From NCBI GenBank assembly GCA_038143065.1, contig JAYQLI010000035.1, positions 800,001 to 864,000 on the forward strand: a stretch of 64,000 bases of DNA, written 5' to 3'. The first letter of the stretch is position 1; the number at the start of each line of letters is the position of its first letter. The stretch is from Rhodospirillales bacterium (GTDB lineage Bacteria; Pseudomonadota; Alphaproteobacteria; Bin95). Shown here piece after piece: positions 26,482 through 38,769 of the stretch. Under the pieces are notes generated by a model, which saw only the letters and a list, made by a program, of their open reading frames with translations, was not told where the DNA came from and made no database searches. The position numbers and the translations under genes are program-made.

Positions 26482-27267
26482 CTACATTGCACTAATGCCA
26501 CCATCCACCAGCAGTTCCGAACCAGTTGTGTAACTACTCTCGTCAGAGGCTAAATATAAAATTGCATAGGCAACCTCTTTTGGCTCACCAACTCGGCCGA
26601 TTGGAACTTGCCGGGCGAGCTTTCGAAAAGCCTCATCCCTACCAAATCGTTCTGTGTGCTTATTTAAGATAGGAGTATCAACGAATGTTGGATGCACACT
26701 ATTGCAACGAATATCAAAGCCTTCGCGACAACAATGCAGGGCCACCGATTTAGTTAAATGCCGAACAGCCGCCTTTGCTGAATTGTAAGCGGCCATATTA
26801 TGGCCCGCTATGTTTCCCGCTATCGACGAAATATTAACTATTGAACCCTTTTTGCTGCCATTAATACCTGCCTGAATAGTCTCTGCAATTGCAGGTACGC
26901 CATGTTTACAGCCCAGAAATACGCCATCTAAATCAATAGCATGAACTCGTCGCCAGTCTTCTAGGGAGATCTCGGTAACGGGTTGAGTCCAACCAATGCC
27001 CGCACTGTTGAGCAGAACATGAACACCACCAAAACGCTCCTTACAGGCAGCATACGCTAAGACCCAGTCATCCTCAGAAGTGACATCGAGATATTGGAAC
27101 GCAGCCCTATCGCCGAGCTCTTGAACAACAGCAGCGCCAGCCTCCTCATTAACATCACCGATCATCACGTAGCCCCCTTCGGCTACAAACATTTCTGCTG
27201 CTGCTTTAGCAAGGCCAGAGGCCCCTCCTGTCATCAGCGCTATCTTACCCTCCACACGACCTGTCAT
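26482..27267 (-). CDS. Short-chain dehydrogenase/reductase
   Basis: TGGASG, NSAG, NISS and YNSAK motifs. Confidence 0.92.
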   Translation of the reverse strand: MTGRVEGKIALMTGGASGLAKAAAEMFVAEGGYVMIGDVNEEAGAAVVQELGDRAAFQYLDVTSEDDWVLAYAACKERFGGVHVLLNSAGIGWTQPVTEISLEDWRRVHAIDLDGVFLGCKHGVPAIAETIQAGINGSKKGSIVNISSIAGNIAGHNMAAYNSAKAAVRHLTKSVALHCCREGFDIRCNSVHPTFVDTPILNKHTERFGRDEAFRKLARQVPIGRVGEPKEVAYAILYLASDESSYTTGSELLVDGGISAM

Positions 27268-27462
27268 CTTCTACTCCCCAGAACTCGATAAAGTAAAATT
27301 ATGCTATCACTCAACTTCAACTGCCAAATACACTCTCACAAACGATAAACCTCATCGATATTGCTTTTTACAAAAATTGAACTTTTAGCTGATGCCTCAC
27401 AACCAATTGCAAATTTACAAACAATCATAAGCAGTTCCTGCCTAATCTAAGTTGCTGAGGAA

Positions 27463-28779
27463 TCAATTTTTCCGCTCAAATAAACATGCCACTTCAAGGT
27501 GCGGTGTCCAGCGAAATTGATCGATCGGTTGTGCTTCACGAAAATGATATCCACCGTTTACCAGAACTTGTGCGTCCCGGGCCAATGCTATGGGATTACA
27601 AGACAAATACACAATGCGATTGGGTCCACCTGCAGCTAGCAATTGAGACTGTTTGAACGCTCCTGAACGTGGCGGGTCTAGCACTATGGCATCAAACCGA
27701 GACAACTCATTCTCTAATAATGGTTGTCGTTCTAAGTCTCGCGTAAATCCTGTCACATAACCCCTTAATCCAGCTGCACCTGCTGCTTGGTTTAAACTGG
27801 AAATCATTAATTCTGAACCTTCATAGGCCTGCACATGCATTGAACCAGCCAATCGAAGTGCAAATGCGCCCCAGCCAGAAAAAAGATCCGCAACATGGCT
27901 TGAGCCTTCTAGACGAGCAGCAACGAATTTTGCCATGAAGGCTTCACCTGCTGCGGTAGGTTGCAAGAAGGCACCAGGCGGAGGCGTTACAGACATTCCA
28001 TTGATGTCTAAGGATGGAGGGCGACGTTCAATGATGATTTCTGGAATCTCATTGTCTATTGGGAGCCAAGCAAATCGGGCTCCATCAAAGTCAGACATCC
28101 ATGACGCGATTTCGATGCGTTCCTGGTAATTTAACTCTCGTGCACGAACTAACAAAAAATCTAAGCCAGAAACAGAATTACGCACCTCAAGATCCGCCGC
28201 CTCTCTTGTACCCAGTAACTTCGTTAGAAGCGGTCGAATTCGTGGAGCAATATCAGTTAGTTCGGGAATAGCCACATGGCAGTGTTCAATACCCACTATT
28301 TTTCGACTTGCTTTAGAATTAAATCCAAGTACGGCACCGGTCGATGTACCAATAGCGGCAAATCTTAGACGGCGGCGTCCGTCCTCCATCTGAATAATTG
28401 GGTGACGCTGCTCTACAACAAGTCCTTTTGAAGATAAGGCTTTAGTTAAAAGATTTTCTTTCCAATCTAAATAAGCAGACGATGACAGGTGCTGAACCGA
28501 GCATCCTCCGCACGACTCAGCATGAAGACAAACAGGAGTTATCCTGTCCAAGCTGTTGCTGTGTCTAGTAATAATCTCAGCAATTCTGCCGTCTCCACGA
28601 TTATTAGTTAATCTAACTAATGCCTTTTCTCCTGGTAGCAGACCTGGGACATAAACTGGTTTGCCGAGGTGCTCAGAAATTCCATCCCCTCCACTTCCGA
28701 GACGGTCAATTTTAATATCGACCTCAACCGGTGGTGGCGGGCGCTTACGTTTTCGTCGCTGCGACCACGAATTCGACAT
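27463..28779 (-). CDS. rlmD: RNA (uracil-5) methyltransferase, RlmD/TrmA family
   Basis: TRAM-like N-terminus; CLHAESCGGC Fe-S motif; AFLQ; LDPPRSG; YLSCNP; DQF..TPHLE. Confidence 0.85.
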   Translation of the reverse strand: MSNSWSQRRKRKRPPPPVEVDIKIDRLGSGGDGISEHLGKPVYVPGLLPGEKALVRLTNNRGDGRIAEIITRHSNSLDRITPVCLHAESCGGCSVQHLSSSAYLDWKENLLTKALSSKGLVVEQRHPIIQMEDGRRRLRFAAIGTSTGAVLGFNSKASRKIVGIEHCHVAIPELTDIAPRIRPLLTKLLGTREAADLEVRNSVSGLDFLLVRARELNYQERIEIASWMSDFDGARFAWLPIDNEIPEIIIERRPPSLDINGMSVTPPPGAFLQPTAAGEAFMAKFVAARLEGSSHVADLFSGWGAFALRLAGSMHVQAYEGSELMISSLNQAAGAAGLRGYVTGFTRDLERQPLLENELSRFDAIVLDPPRSGAFKQSQLLAAGGPNRIVYLSCNPIALARDAQVLVNGGYHFREAQPIDQFRWTPHLEVACLFERKN

Positions 28780-29482
28780 TTCCCTCAGCTCCCGTTATCG
28801 GACTTTCAGTAATACCCATCACACTCCAGCCCGGCAGGTCATCGAGCCACTGAACGATGCTATCAACACACAGCTGTCGCGCAGCCACATCTCGAACAAC
28901 ACCATTTTTACCAATGTACTCTCGGCCAACTTCAAACTGTGGCTTTATTAATGCGGCTAACCAGCATCCAGATTCAGCGAATTCTATCGGGCGCTGCAGA
29001 ACAGTCCGGAGGCCTATGAAGCTCGCATCACAAACGATAGCTGAAACATTTTCAGGTACCTGCTCGTCGGTTAGGTGGCGTGCATTTACACCTTCAAGTA
29101 CAACAACACGAGGATCATTACGAAGGCGCCATGCTAATTGCCCTTTACCAACATCCACAGCGTACACCCGTGCAGCTCCGGCATCTAGCAGAACATCGGT
29201 AAAACCGCCCGTTGAAGCCCCAACATCCATTGCGACCCGGTCTAAACCGCTTAAACCAAAAACTTTTATTGCATGATCAAGCTTTAGACCGCCGCGACCC
29301 ACCCATGGGTGATCTTTTCCTCGCACCTCAAGGGCTGCATCATCTTTGATCTGCGCCCCTGCTTTATCGACGCGCACATCACCAGAAAATACCTTACCAG
29401 CCATTATAAGCGCTTGAGCTTTTGCGCGGCTTTCTACCAAACCCCGTGCAACTAGCGCTACGTCAGCTCGTGATTTGGCCAT
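28745..29482 (-). CDS. tlyA: TlyA family rRNA methyltransferase
   Basis: S4 domain; RGGLKL; DVGASTGGFTD; LIKPQFE; SPITGAEGNVEF. Confidence 0.95.
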   Translation of the reverse strand: MAKSRADVALVARGLVESRAKAQALIMAGKVFSGDVRVDKAGAQIKDDAALEVRGKDHPWVGRGGLKLDHAIKVFGLSGLDRVAMDVGASTGGFTDVLLDAGAARVYAVDVGKGQLAWRLRNDPRVVVLEGVNARHLTDEQVPENVSAIVCDASFIGLRTVLQRPIEFAESGCWLAALIKPQFEVGREYIGKNGVVRDVAARQLCVDSIVQWLDDLPGWSVMGITESPITGAEGNVEFVVAATKT

Positions 29483-31401
29483 CAGCGGCGCTGCATAGCC
29501 TTTGCAGGAGATCCTACAGCGGAAAGTGCTGTGTTCATAATCGACTTTGCATCAAGGCACGCGCGTTCAACCTGAAGTACAGGTTTATCCTGATCAAGGA
29601 AAATGTCAGGCATTGTCATCGTTCTGACTGCTAGTCCTGTATCAAGTAAACCAGCCCCCGCCATGTAGTGCAGAACAAGTGCACCAAAGCCACCAGTCGA
29701 ACCCTCTTCTACAGTTATTAAAGCTGAATGATCTCGTGCCAATTTAGAAACCAGATCTGTGTCTAAGGGTTTAGCAAAACGAGCGTCTGCAACTGTCGCC
29801 TGCAATCCTCTTTCCGCAAGCATTTCCGCTGCTGCAAGTGAGTCCGCGAGACGAGAGCCGTAAGATAGAATTGCAACTGAGTCGCCTTCACGAACAATAC
29901 GGCCCTTGCCCAGCTCCACAGTTGAACCGCCCTCAGGCATTTCAACCCCAATGCCTTCACCACGGGGAAAGCGCAATGCCGAAGGGCGATCATCTATTTG
30001 CGCTAAAGTGTTAACCATCCGAACGAGCTCAGCCTCGTCAGCGCAGGCTGCCAAGACCATGTCAGGCAAGCAACCGAGGTACGCAACATCGAACGCACCA
30101 CAATGCGTTTGACCATCAGCACCAACGTACCCAGCTCGATCCAGAACAAAACGAACTGGAAGTTTCTGAATGGCCACGTCATGTACGATCTGATCATAGG
30201 CACGTTGCAAGAACGTAGAATAAATCGCGACGAACGGTTTCATACCCTCAGCAGCTAACCCTGCAGCAAAAGTAACCCCGTGTTGTTCAGCAATTCCTAC
30301 ATCAAAGGTTCTGTTTGGAAACTTCTTAGCTACCTTATCAAGACCAGTACCGGAAGGCATCGCCGCAGTGATCGAAATTACTCTAGGGTCTTGCTCTTTA
30401 AGCTTAATTAATGTGTCGGCGAAGACATTAGTATAACTGGGTGCTTTGGCCACACTTTTTGCTTGGGTTCCTGTATCAACATCAAAAGTTGACACACCAT
30501 GATATTTGTCTGAAGCCGCCTCAGCAGGTTGGTAGCCTTTACCCTTTTCAGTTATCACATGCAGTAATACTGGCTTGTCGCCAGGCGCCTGATTTTTTAG
30601 ATGTTGAAGTACTGGCAACATATCGGGGATCGAATGACCATCTATGGGGCCAACATAATAAAACCCGAGTGCCTGAAATAATCCTCCACTGCCAATAATA
30701 TCGCGAGCCATTCCCTCTGCTCGCCGCGCTGCTTCTTCAAACGGCTTTGGAAAGAGCTTGGCCACGTCTTTCGCAATATTGCGCAGATTTGCATAAGGTC
30801 GTGAGGAAGCAAGCTTAGACAAGTAGCTCGAAAGAGCACCAACTGGAGGAGCAATTGACATTTCATTGTCATTTAGAACGACAACAAGAGGCAACCCTTG
30901 AGCACCGGCATTATTCATAGCCTCGTAGGCCATGCCAGATGTCATTGCTCCATCCCCAATAACAGCAATAGCCCTATCAGGCTTCCCCATCAAATCAAAA
31001 GCCGTCGCCATACCTAGAGCAGCTGAAATTGATGTGGAAGAGTGAGCGGCGCCAAATGGGTCGTAAGCGCTTTCACTGCGCTTGGTAAAGCCTGATAGCC
31101 CTCCCCCTTGACGAAGAGTCTCCATTTCAGCCCGGCGACCGGTCAGTATTTTATGCGGGTAACACTGGTGACCAACATCCCAAATCAGACGGTCATGCGG
31201 TGTATCGAATACATAATGGAGAGCAACAGTTAATTCGACTACGCCAAGAGAGGCTCCGAGGTGACCTCCCGTTTTGGCAACACTTTCGATTGTGTCCCAT
31301 CGGAGTTCATCTGCAAGACGCGTCAGATCACTTTCAGGAAGCTGACGTAAGTCTGCAGGATCTCTAATCCTATCCAACAATGGCGTTGGCCGGCGAGACA
31401 T
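29482..31401 (-). CDS. dxs: 1-deoxy-D-xylulose-5-phosphate synthase
   Basis: [13 protein letters not shown]; WDVGHQ; GDGAMT...LNDN; DVGIAEQH; DRAG. Confidence 0.97.
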   Translation of the reverse strand: MSRRPTPLLDRIRDPADLRQLPESDLTRLADELRWDTIESVAKTGGHLGASLGVVELTVALHYVFDTPHDRLIWDVGHQCYPHKILTGRRAEMETLRQGGGLSGFTKRSESAYDPFGAAHSSTSISAALGMATAFDLMGKPDRAIAVIGDGAMTSGMAYEAMNNAGAQGLPLVVVLNDNEMSIAPPVGALSSYLSKLASSRPYANLRNIAKDVAKLFPKPFEEAARRAEGMARDIIGSGGLFQALGFYYVGPIDGHSIPDMLPVLQHLKNQAPGDKPVLLHVITEKGKGYQPAEAASDKYHGVSTFDVDTGTQAKSVAKAPSYTNVFADTLIKLKEQDPRVISITAAMPSGTGLDKVAKKFPNRTFDVGIAEQHGVTFAAGLAAEGMKPFVAIYSTFLQRAYDQIVHDVAIQKLPVRFVLDRAGYVGADGQTHCGAFDVAYLGCLPDMVLAACADEAELVRMVNTLAQIDDRPSALRFPRGEGIGVEMPEGGSTVELGKGRIVREGDSVAILSYGSRLADSLAAAEMLAERGLQATVADARFAKPLDTDLVSKLARDHSALITVEEGSTGGFGALVLHYMAGAGLLDTGLAVRTMTMPDIFLDQDKPVLQVERACLDAKSIMNTALSAVGSPAKAMQRR

Positions 31402-31412
31402 CAATCTCTCCC

Positions 31413-32309
31413 TTAGTTGCGGCGCTGCAGAGAAAATTCTGCAGCTTCGCGCAGTAGATCAGCTTTTGCACCAAATAGGTCTAACTTGGCAACAGCCTGT
31501 TTTACAAGCATCTCAGCGTATTGGCGAGCATTTTCGATCCCCATGACATCTGGCAAGGTACCTTTTCCTTTGTCCGCGTCTTTAGACAGGCGCTTACCGA
31601 CTTCCTCCTCATCACCCTCGATATCGAGAAGATCATCTGCAATCTGAAAAGCCATACCAATATCAAAACCATAACTTAAAAGCGCTGCTCTGCGCTGCTC
31701 TGCACTCTCGGTTAAAATAGCGCCGGCTTCACAGGAAAATGCTATAAGAGCGCCCGTTTTCAGCCGTTGCATCCGAACAATCCAGCCCATATCACGCTCA
31801 GCTGAACCGGCAGAGAGATCAAGAGCCTGACCTCCACACATTCCTAATGCTCCAGAAGCTTGAGCCAGCGCAGCAGAAAGGCGTATTCGCACCTCAGCGT
31901 TTGGGTGTGTTTCAGGCATCGCAAGAATTTGAAATGCATAGGCCTGCAGAGAATCACCAGCCAATATAGCGGTTGCCTCATCAAAAGCCTTATGAACAGT
32001 GGGGCGTCCTCGACGGAGGTCATCATCGTCCATTGCTGGCAAATCATCATGTATAAGACTGTAAGCGTGCAAACACTCAATCGCAGCACCTACATGTAGG
32101 GCACGTTGTCGGTTGCCATTACAAGCGAAAGTCGCGGCAGACACCAAAAATGGTCTAAACCTCTTCCCAGAGCCAAGAACGGCATAACGCATCGCTTCAA
32201 TTAAACGTTTTTCATCACCTAAATTCTTTGGGTCTGGCAATAAATTTTCTAGAAGCTCATCCGTATCCCTTACGACAGATGAAATCTCGGTGGCTAATTT
32301 TGATGACAT
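31413..32309 (-). CDS. ispA: Farnesyl diphosphate synthase
   Basis: GKRFRP; [15 protein letters not shown]; FQIADDLLD; xseB-ispA-dxs synteny. Confidence 0.95.
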   Translation of the reverse strand: MSSKLATEISSVVRDTDELLENLLPDPKNLGDEKRLIEAMRYAVLGSGKRFRPFLVSAATFACNGNRQRALHVGAAIECLHAYSLIHDDLPAMDDDDLRRGRPTVHKAFDEATAILAGDSLQAYAFQILAMPETHPNAEVRIRLSAALAQASGALGMCGGQALDLSAGSAERDMGWIVRMQRLKTGALIAFSCEAGAILTESAEQRRAALLSYGFDIGMAFQIADDLLDIEGDEEEVGKRLSKDADKGKGTLPDVMGIENARQYAEMLVKQAVAKLDLFGAKADLLREAAEFSLQRRN

Positions 32310-32318
32310 CAAAATGCT

Positions 32319-32579
32319 CTAATCTGCATCGAATGGCTTAGTTTCTGGTGTACCATCAGGACCAAGCGTTATCCGTTCTACGCGTTCCCTTGCGTCTGCA
32401 AGTTTTTGTTCGCAATACCGACGGAGCTGAGCACCTCGCTCATAGGAATGAATTGAATCTTCCAGTGAGCCCTTACCCTGCTCCAGACGTTGGACGATCG
32501 CTTCAAGCTCTGTCATTGCGTCTTCGAACGACATCGCTTTGATATCATCAGGAATATCCTTGGCTGCGGACTTAGCCAT
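32319..32579 (-). CDS. xseB: Exodeoxyribonuclease VII small subunit
   Basis: SFEDAMTELEAIVQRLE...LEDSI..YERG. Confidence 0.95.
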   Translation of the reverse strand: MAKSAAKDIPDDIKAMSFEDAMTELEAIVQRLEQGKGSLEDSIHSYERGAQLRRYCEQKLADARERVERITLGPDGTPETKPFDAD

Positions 32580-32646
32580 CGCTGAGCTCCTGTTGAAGGT
32601 TGCGCTGTAAATAGATACAGCGGAGTACCTCTTCAGCTCAGTGCGG

Positions 32647-33339
32647 TCAATCGCCAGAGGCGTCTAGATCATATCCCGCAGATCGAACAGTACGAATTAA
32701 ATCTGGGCGGCCCTCGATATTTAACGCCTTGCGGAGCCTCCTTATATGCACATCTACTGTGCGCATCTCGACGTAAATATCATGCCCCCAAACGGCATCC
32801 AGCAACTGCTCACGACTAAAAACGCGCCCTGGCCGCTGCATGAAATGCTGCAGCAGACGAAATTCCGTTGGACCAAGATGGATCTTTTGACCAGATCTCT
32901 GAACACGATGGGTTATTAAGTCCATGGAGAGATCTTCGTAAACTAATTTATCTTCCGTTACCGCTGGATTACTGCGACGCAAAACAGCTTTTAGCCGCGC
33001 TACCACCTCAGTCGGCGAAAAGGGCTTTGTTACATAATCATCGGCCCCAGAATCAAGGCCTCTAACCCTGTCCGCCTCTTCTCCTCTTGCCGTTAAAAGA
33101 ATAATTGGCAAAGCCCGAGAGGCGGGCCTCCTCCGAATACGTCGACAGAGCTCTATTCCAGATACCCCTGGCAACATCCAATCAAGTAAGACTGCGTCTG
33201 GCAGCCTTTCTGCCAACGCAAGTTCCGCTTCATCACCATCGTTCGCTATGCCTGTATCGAAACCTGATGCTTGAAGATTGTATTGCAGAAGCTCTGCTAT
33301 TCCTGGCTCATCTTCGACAATTAGAACATAAGGCTGCAT
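32647..33339 (-). CDS. phoB: Phosphate regulon response regulator
   Basis: LIVEDE, LLDWMLP, GADDYVTKPF, RTVDVHIRRLRK. Follows phoU; start taken at MQPYVL. Confidence 0.96.
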   Translation of the reverse strand: MQPYVLIVEDEPGIAELLQYNLQASGFDTGIANDGDEAELALAERLPDAVLLDWMLPGVSGIELCRRIRRRPASRALPIILLTARGEEADRVRGLDSGADDYVTKPFSPTEVVARLKAVLRRSNPAVTEDKLVYEDLSMDLITHRVQRSGQKIHLGPTEFRLLQHFMQRPGRVFSREQLLDAVWGHDIYVEMRTVDVHIRRLRKALNIEGRPDLIRTVRSAGYDLDASGD

Positions 33340-33343
33340 GGGT

Positions 33344-34054
33344 TCATTGCTCCGCTGATAATGAGTCTGCTTTTGGCCTTGCGGGACCCAAACGATCACC
33401 AGTAACTGCGTAATAAACATTCTCGGCAATACTCGTGCAGTGATCACCGATGCGTTCGATATTTTTTGCGATAAACAATAAATGCGTGCATGAAGTTATG
33501 CTTCTGCTGTCCTCCATCATGTAAGTAAGGCATTCCCGGAAATACCCTTCGTATAGAAGGTCCAAGTCCTCATCCCTATCACGAATACGGATGGCCGCAT
33601 CAGCATCGTTATTTGCGTAGGCACCAAGAATTCCATGCAACATATCCTGAGCAACTTCAGAAAGACGTACTATGCTTTTAACCTGCTCCATTGGAGGAGC
33701 GCGATTAATGACCAACGCACGTTTTGCATTATTTTTTGAATGATCGGCAATCCGCTCAAGAGCTTGAGCTATTTTGAGTGCAGATATTATCGCCCTTAGA
33801 TCAATTGCCATTGGCTGACGCAGCGCCAGCATTCTAACGACCGCAGCTTCGACCTCAGCGTCTAAAGCATCAACACGACGATCAGCCTCAATAGCTCGCA
33901 AACCTAAATCTGCATCACGTTTAACTAATGCTTCAGTTGAGTTAGAAAGAATTGCTTCCGCCTGCCCCCCCATCTTTCCAATTTTTGCTGAGAGGTCGTT
34001 AAGGTCATCTGTGAATGACCTTACAATATGATCATTGGTAGTTTGCATTGTCAT
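33344..34054 (-). CDS. phoU: Phosphate signalling protein PhoU
   Basis: RQPMAIDLR; LERIADH; KNIERIGDH. Confidence 0.96.
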   Translation of the reverse strand: MTMQTTNDHIVRSFTDDLNDLSAKIGKMGGQAEAILSNSTEALVKRDADLGLRAIEADRRVDALDAEVEAAVVRMLALRQPMAIDLRAIISALKIAQALERIADHSKNNAKRALVINRAPPMEQVKSIVRLSEVAQDMLHGILGAYANNDADAAIRIRDRDEDLDLLYEGYFRECLTYMMEDSRSITSCTHLLFIAKNIERIGDHCTSIAENVYYAVTGDRLGPARPKADSLSAEQ

Positions 34055-34065
34055 CTTCTCCAAAC

Positions 34066-34857
34066 TTACCCAAATCTGCCAGTGATGTAGCCTTGCGTGC
34101 GTTCGTCACGCGGTGCTGTGAAGATCTGTTCCGTGACACCTACTTCAACAAGTACTCCAAGATGAAAGAAAGCAGTGCGCTGAGAAACTCGTGCTGCCTG
34201 CTGCATGGAGTGTGTAACAATCACAATTGAATAGGCTTTTTTTAATTCTTCAATCAGCTCCTCAACCCTTGCTGTCGCAATCGGGTCCAATGCGGAACAA
34301 GGCTCATCCATTAGGATTACATCAGGGCGAACTGCTACAGCACGGGCAATACAGAGACGCTGCTGCTGACCACCAGAAAGACCTGTTCCTGGCTGGTGCA
34401 AGCGGTCCTTCACTTCTTCCCAGAGAGCCGCTCGTTCCAAACTAGTTTGCACCAATTCATCCAGACCATCTTGGCTCGAAACCAAACCATGAATACGTGG
34501 CCCATAAGCGACATTATCATAAATTGATTTGGGAAATGGGTTTGGTTTCTGAAATACCATTCCAACACGCCGACGAAGCTGCACCGGGTCAATACCCGCA
34601 TCTAGCACTTCATCACCGTCAACTTTGATCGAGCCTTCAACTCTGCAGCCATCAATGACATCATTCATCCTGTTCATGCAGCGCAGGAATGTGGACTTAC
34701 CACACCCGGACGGGCCGATGAGAGATGTGACTTGGTTTCGGCCAATATCCAAATCTATATCAAAAAGCGCTTGTTTTTCGCCGTAAAACACATTGACGTC
34801 TCTCACGAGAACTTTTGCTTCAGCTGCTTCCATATTAAATCTCTCACCATCAGCCAT
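34066..34857 (-). CDS. pstB: Phosphate ABC transporter ATPase
   Basis: GPSGCGKST; VFQKPNPFP; LSGGQQQR; YITGRFG. Confidence 0.97.
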   Translation of the reverse strand: MADGERFNMEAAEAKVLVRDVNVFYGEKQALFDIDLDIGRNQVTSLIGPSGCGKSTFLRCMNRMNDVIDGCRVEGSIKVDGDEVLDAGIDPVQLRRRVGMVFQKPNPFPKSIYDNVAYGPRIHGLVSSQDGLDELVQTSLERAALWEEVKDRLHQPGTGLSGGQQQRLCIARAVAVRPDVILMDEPCSALDPIATARVEELIEELKKAYSIVIVTHSMQQAARVSQRTAFFHLGVLVEVGVTEQIFTAPRDERTQGYITGRFG

Positions 34858-34863
34858 TTTTAC

Positions 34864-36179
34864 CTACCAGCGACGCTCAAAGCGCTTACGCAAGATTACA
34901 GCGAGTGCATTCATGAGTACTAAAAAGCCTAAAAGAGCCATGATACCAGCGCTCGTTCTTGCAACAAAAGCGCGCTCTGGACTGTCTGCCCAAAGATAAA
35001 TTTGAACTGGCATTACTGTTGAAGGATCGGTTATTCCCCCTGGTACATTCACAATGAAGGCAACCATTCCAATCATTAGCAAAGGTGCAGTCTCCCCAAG
35101 GGCCTGCGCCATACCAATAATTGTACCCGTGAGAATTCCAGGCATTGCAAATGGCAATACGTGATGTGTCACGACTTGATGCTTAGATGCACCTACACCC
35201 AAAGCCGCTTCACGGATGGATGGAGGGACTGCCTTTAGTGCAGCCCTTGAAGCGATGATAATTGTCGGCAACGTCATTAATGAAAGGACAATCCCACCAA
35301 CAAGGGAGCTGATCTAGGAAGGCCGAAAAAATTCAGGAATACTGCTAGGCCAAGGAGCCCAAAAACAATCGATGGAACTGCTGCTAGATTATTGATGTTC
35401 ACTTCAACAAAATCCGTCCAGCGATTTTTTGGAGCAAACTCTTCTAGGTAAATTGCCGCAAGAACACCCACTGGAAAACTCAAAGCAAGTGTTACTAGAA
35501 GTGTGAAAAAGGAGCCTACGATGGCGCCCCAAAATCCCGCTAATTCTGGTTCGCGACTATCACCCGATTTCCAGAAGACCGTGTTCATTGACCATCGAAT
35601 ACGTCCGTCATCTTTGAGCTGGTCGATCCACTCGAGTTCAGTATCCTTTACCCGGCGATCCGCTTCTGGCAGGTCTCTATCAATGTAACCTTTCAGTAAA
35701 CTGTCGATGTCATCCGAAGCAAGTACCCAAATACGAACTGTTTTGCCAATTTTTGCGGGTTCATCAACAACAACTTGCATTGCTTGCAGATCTGCACCGT
35801 TAGAAACTAAGCCATATAACTTTCGTTTTTCTTTTCGGCCTGAAACATCTGGAAACTGAGATCTTAATGCCGATTTTATAAATCCGTTATAGTTTGCCTT
35901 TCTAGGATTGGCCGCATCAATTTCAGAACTCTCAAAAGTCACATCTAACGCTATCTCATATTGATAAAACGCAGACCATCCAGTCGAAATTATTGACCCA
36001 ACTAACAAGATTAGCATTGAAATGGCGACTGCAATGGCAGCTACCCCATACGCTTTGAAACGCGCTTCAGCACGATAACGCCGACGAACGCGAGCAGCCT
36101 CTTCATTTGCTCTTATATCTGCAGAGCCGTGCATAACTGCTTCAGCGCCTGAATCCTGCTGCAATCCTCGATCAGTCAT
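34864..36179 (-). CDS. pstA: Phosphate ABC transporter permease, frameshift at ~35280
   Basis: NLAAVPSIVFGLLGL; AQALGETAPL. Confidence 0.95.
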
Positions 36180-37554
36180 ACTTTTCTCGGTATTTCCGCA
36201 CAATCCGTAGAGCAAATACGTTTAACGACAGTGTTATGAAGAAGAGCACAAGGCCAAGGGCAAAGGCTGCCAAGGTCTTGGAGCTATCAAATTCTTGGTC
36301 TCCTACTAAAAGTGTAACGATCTGCACTGTGACGGTTGTAACAGCTTCAAACGGATTGGCCGTTAAATTTGCAGCAAGCCCAGCTGCCATGACAACTATC
36401 ATGGTTTCCCCAATCGCTCGACTAACTGCAAGTAATACAGCACCAACGACACCAGGTAGAGCTGCGGGAAGGACTACCTGTCGGATAGTCTCAGATTTTG
36501 TTGCACCTAATGCAAAGGAACCGTCTCGCAACGCCTGTGGGACTGCATTCATAACATCATCCGACAATTATGAAACAAAGGGGATGATCATGATCCCCAT
36601 AACCACTCCAGCCGCGAGGGCAGATTCCGAACTAACATCGAGCCCAACTGTTTCGCCCATACCCCTAAAAAACGGAGCAACAGTAAGAGCAGCAAAAAAG
36701 CCGTACACAACAGTGGGTACACCAGCCAAGATTTCTAGCAAGGGCTTAATTACGCCCCTAACCCGATTACTTGCATACTCGGACATGTAGATTGCAGACA
36801 TCAAACCAAGCGGCACAGCCACACACATTGCAATAACCGTAATCAGCAAGGTACCAGCAAAAATAGGAATTGCTCCAAAACTGCCACTCGCACCAACTTG
36901 GTCCGCCCGAATTGCTGTTTGAGGACTCCATTTTAAGCCAAACAAAAAATCATCCAATGGAATACGGAGGAAGAAACGCCATGCCTCAAATAGCAGAGAT
37001 AATACAATTCCTATGGTTGTCAGAATGGCGATAGTTGATGCCAGGATCATGATAATTGTGAATATACGTTCCACCTGATTACGGGCTCTAAATTCGATGG
37101 ACAGCTTACCTTTTGCCCACCAAAGGCAAGCAATACCGAGCCCCAGACTTATGACAAACATGCCAAGATTTGATAATTTTTTGAGTTCTGAAAATTTTTG
37201 AGCGGCGGCTGCAATCTCTGGCGTGGGCTCTCTACTTGGAATGTCACCTGAAGCAACGTTAACAATATCATTGAGCACCAGGGAAAGGCGGTCTGCGGAT
37301 AACGCCTGTGTGTCGGGATTCAACCCCGAAATAATTAAACTCTCAATAATTGGGCCTTGAGCTACTAACCAAAATGAAATCGCTAATAGGGAGGGTACTA
37401 CTACCCAAAGAGCCAGGTAAGTACCATGATAAAAGGGCAGAGAATGCAGAGAAGCTGGTGTTGCCGCAGCAAAAGATATAGCTCGGCGGCGACCGATGGC
37501 ATGCCCGTAACCCGCAACACAAATCAAAATTAAAACGAGTACCCAGATTTGCAT
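36172..37554 (-). CDS. pstC: Phosphate ABC transporter permease with an in-frame TAA at 36568-36570
   Basis: ILAGVPTVVYGFF; IIPFVS*LSDD; SRAIGETMIV. Confidence 0.93.
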
Positions 37555-37573
37555 TGCATGACCTTGGTTTGAC

Positions 37574-37613
37574 AAAAAAGAAACCGGCCAGCTCCAATTA
37601 AGTAGCTGGCCGG
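37574..37613 (-). terminator. Intrinsic terminator/stabilising hairpin between pstS and pstC
   Basis: CCGGCCAGCT/AGCTGGCCGG 10-bp stem followed on the minus strand by TTTCTTTTTT. Confidence 0.8.
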
Positions 37614-37622
37614 CAATTAACT

Positions 37623-38647
37623 TTACATTTTGAGAGGTACTAAAACAGAAGTACCTTTACGCATTGCTTTTAGATCAGCTGAAGGAAGAGGGATTAGCCC
37701 CTTGTCGGTAAGATAACCTTCATCACCTGCAGCTTTCTCACTTGTAAATTCTGCTACGTATTCCTGGATACCAGGAACAACACCCACATGTGCCTTCTTC
37801 ACATAAAAGTACAAAGAACGAGACACTTTGTAGGAGCCATCTCCAATTGCTTCAAACGTTGGCTTTACACCTTCAACCTCAGCACCCTTTATTTTGTCAG
37901 CATTTTGGTCAAGGAAAGAGAAGCCAAAGATGCCAACCGCAGATGGATTTGCCTCAAGCTTCTGAACGATCAAGTTGTCGTTCTCGCCAGCTTCAATGAA
38001 GGCACCATCTTCACGCATTTTGTCGGAAATTGCCCGAAATGGCTTTTTTCCAAGCTTCTTGATGTTTGGAAAGGCCTTTGCACCTTCGCGCATGACGAGC
38101 TCAACAAAAGCATCACGCGTACCTGATGTTGGGGGCGGACCAAGGACTTCAATTTTTACCTTTGGAAGGCTTGGATCAATTTCGCTCCACATCTTATATG
38201 GATTGTCTACCATCTTGTTGCCAGAAGGAACTTTCGCGGCAAGGGCCAAAAAAATTTGCTTTTTTGTTAGCTTTAAATCAGTACCAGCCTTTGATTGCCC
38301 CATAGCAATTCCGTCGTATCAATTTTTACTTCAACGACTTCTTTCACACCATTTGCTACGCATTTTTCAACTTCTGACTTCTTAATTCGACGAGAAGCAT
38401 TTGTGATGTCAGGATGGTTTAAGCCGACGCCAGCGCAGAACAATTTAATTCCACCACCAGAACCAGTTGACTCCACTACGGGTGCCTTGAAAGAACTGGT
38501 CTTTCCAAAAGTTTCAGCCACGGCTGTAGAGAAAGGGAAAACCGTTGAGGAACCAACGATACGGATTTGATCGCGTGCAGCAGCGGACCCCACAGCAGCA
38601 ACCGACACAACCGCAGCCAGCGCTGTAGCGGTAAGTGAGTGTTTCAT
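37623..38647 (-). CDS. pstS: Phosphate-binding protein, frameshift at ~38310
   Basis: Signal peptide; IVGSSTVFPF; STGSGGG; GPPPTSGTRD. Confidence 0.95.
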
Positions 38648-38733
38648 AAAGCGCCTCCATTAGAGAACTAGGTTAGATAAATCTGACGCTTATTCACTAA
38701 GCGCATGATCGATCTAATCCTGCGCAACTACAC

Positions 38734-38766
38734 TTATGTTACGTATATATTACAGAAATATGACAA
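38734..38766 (-). promoter_or_regulatory. Pho box (three 11-bp units) upstream of pstS
   Basis: Minus strand TTGTCAT-ATTT-CTGTAAT-ATAT-ACGTAAC-ATAA matches CTGTCAT repeats with 11-bp periodicity. Confidence 0.85.
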
Positions 38767-38769
38767 CCG

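Noticed and set aside
28745-28779. 35-bp overlap of tlyA and rlmD
   Set aside because: An ordinary short overlap in a conserved gene order, and the rlmD start is uncertain.
36236-36790. Long antisense ORFs (here opposite pstC; also 28857-29276, 37975-38385, 54313-54696)
   Set aside because: Shadow frames of well-supported genes with no motifs of their own.
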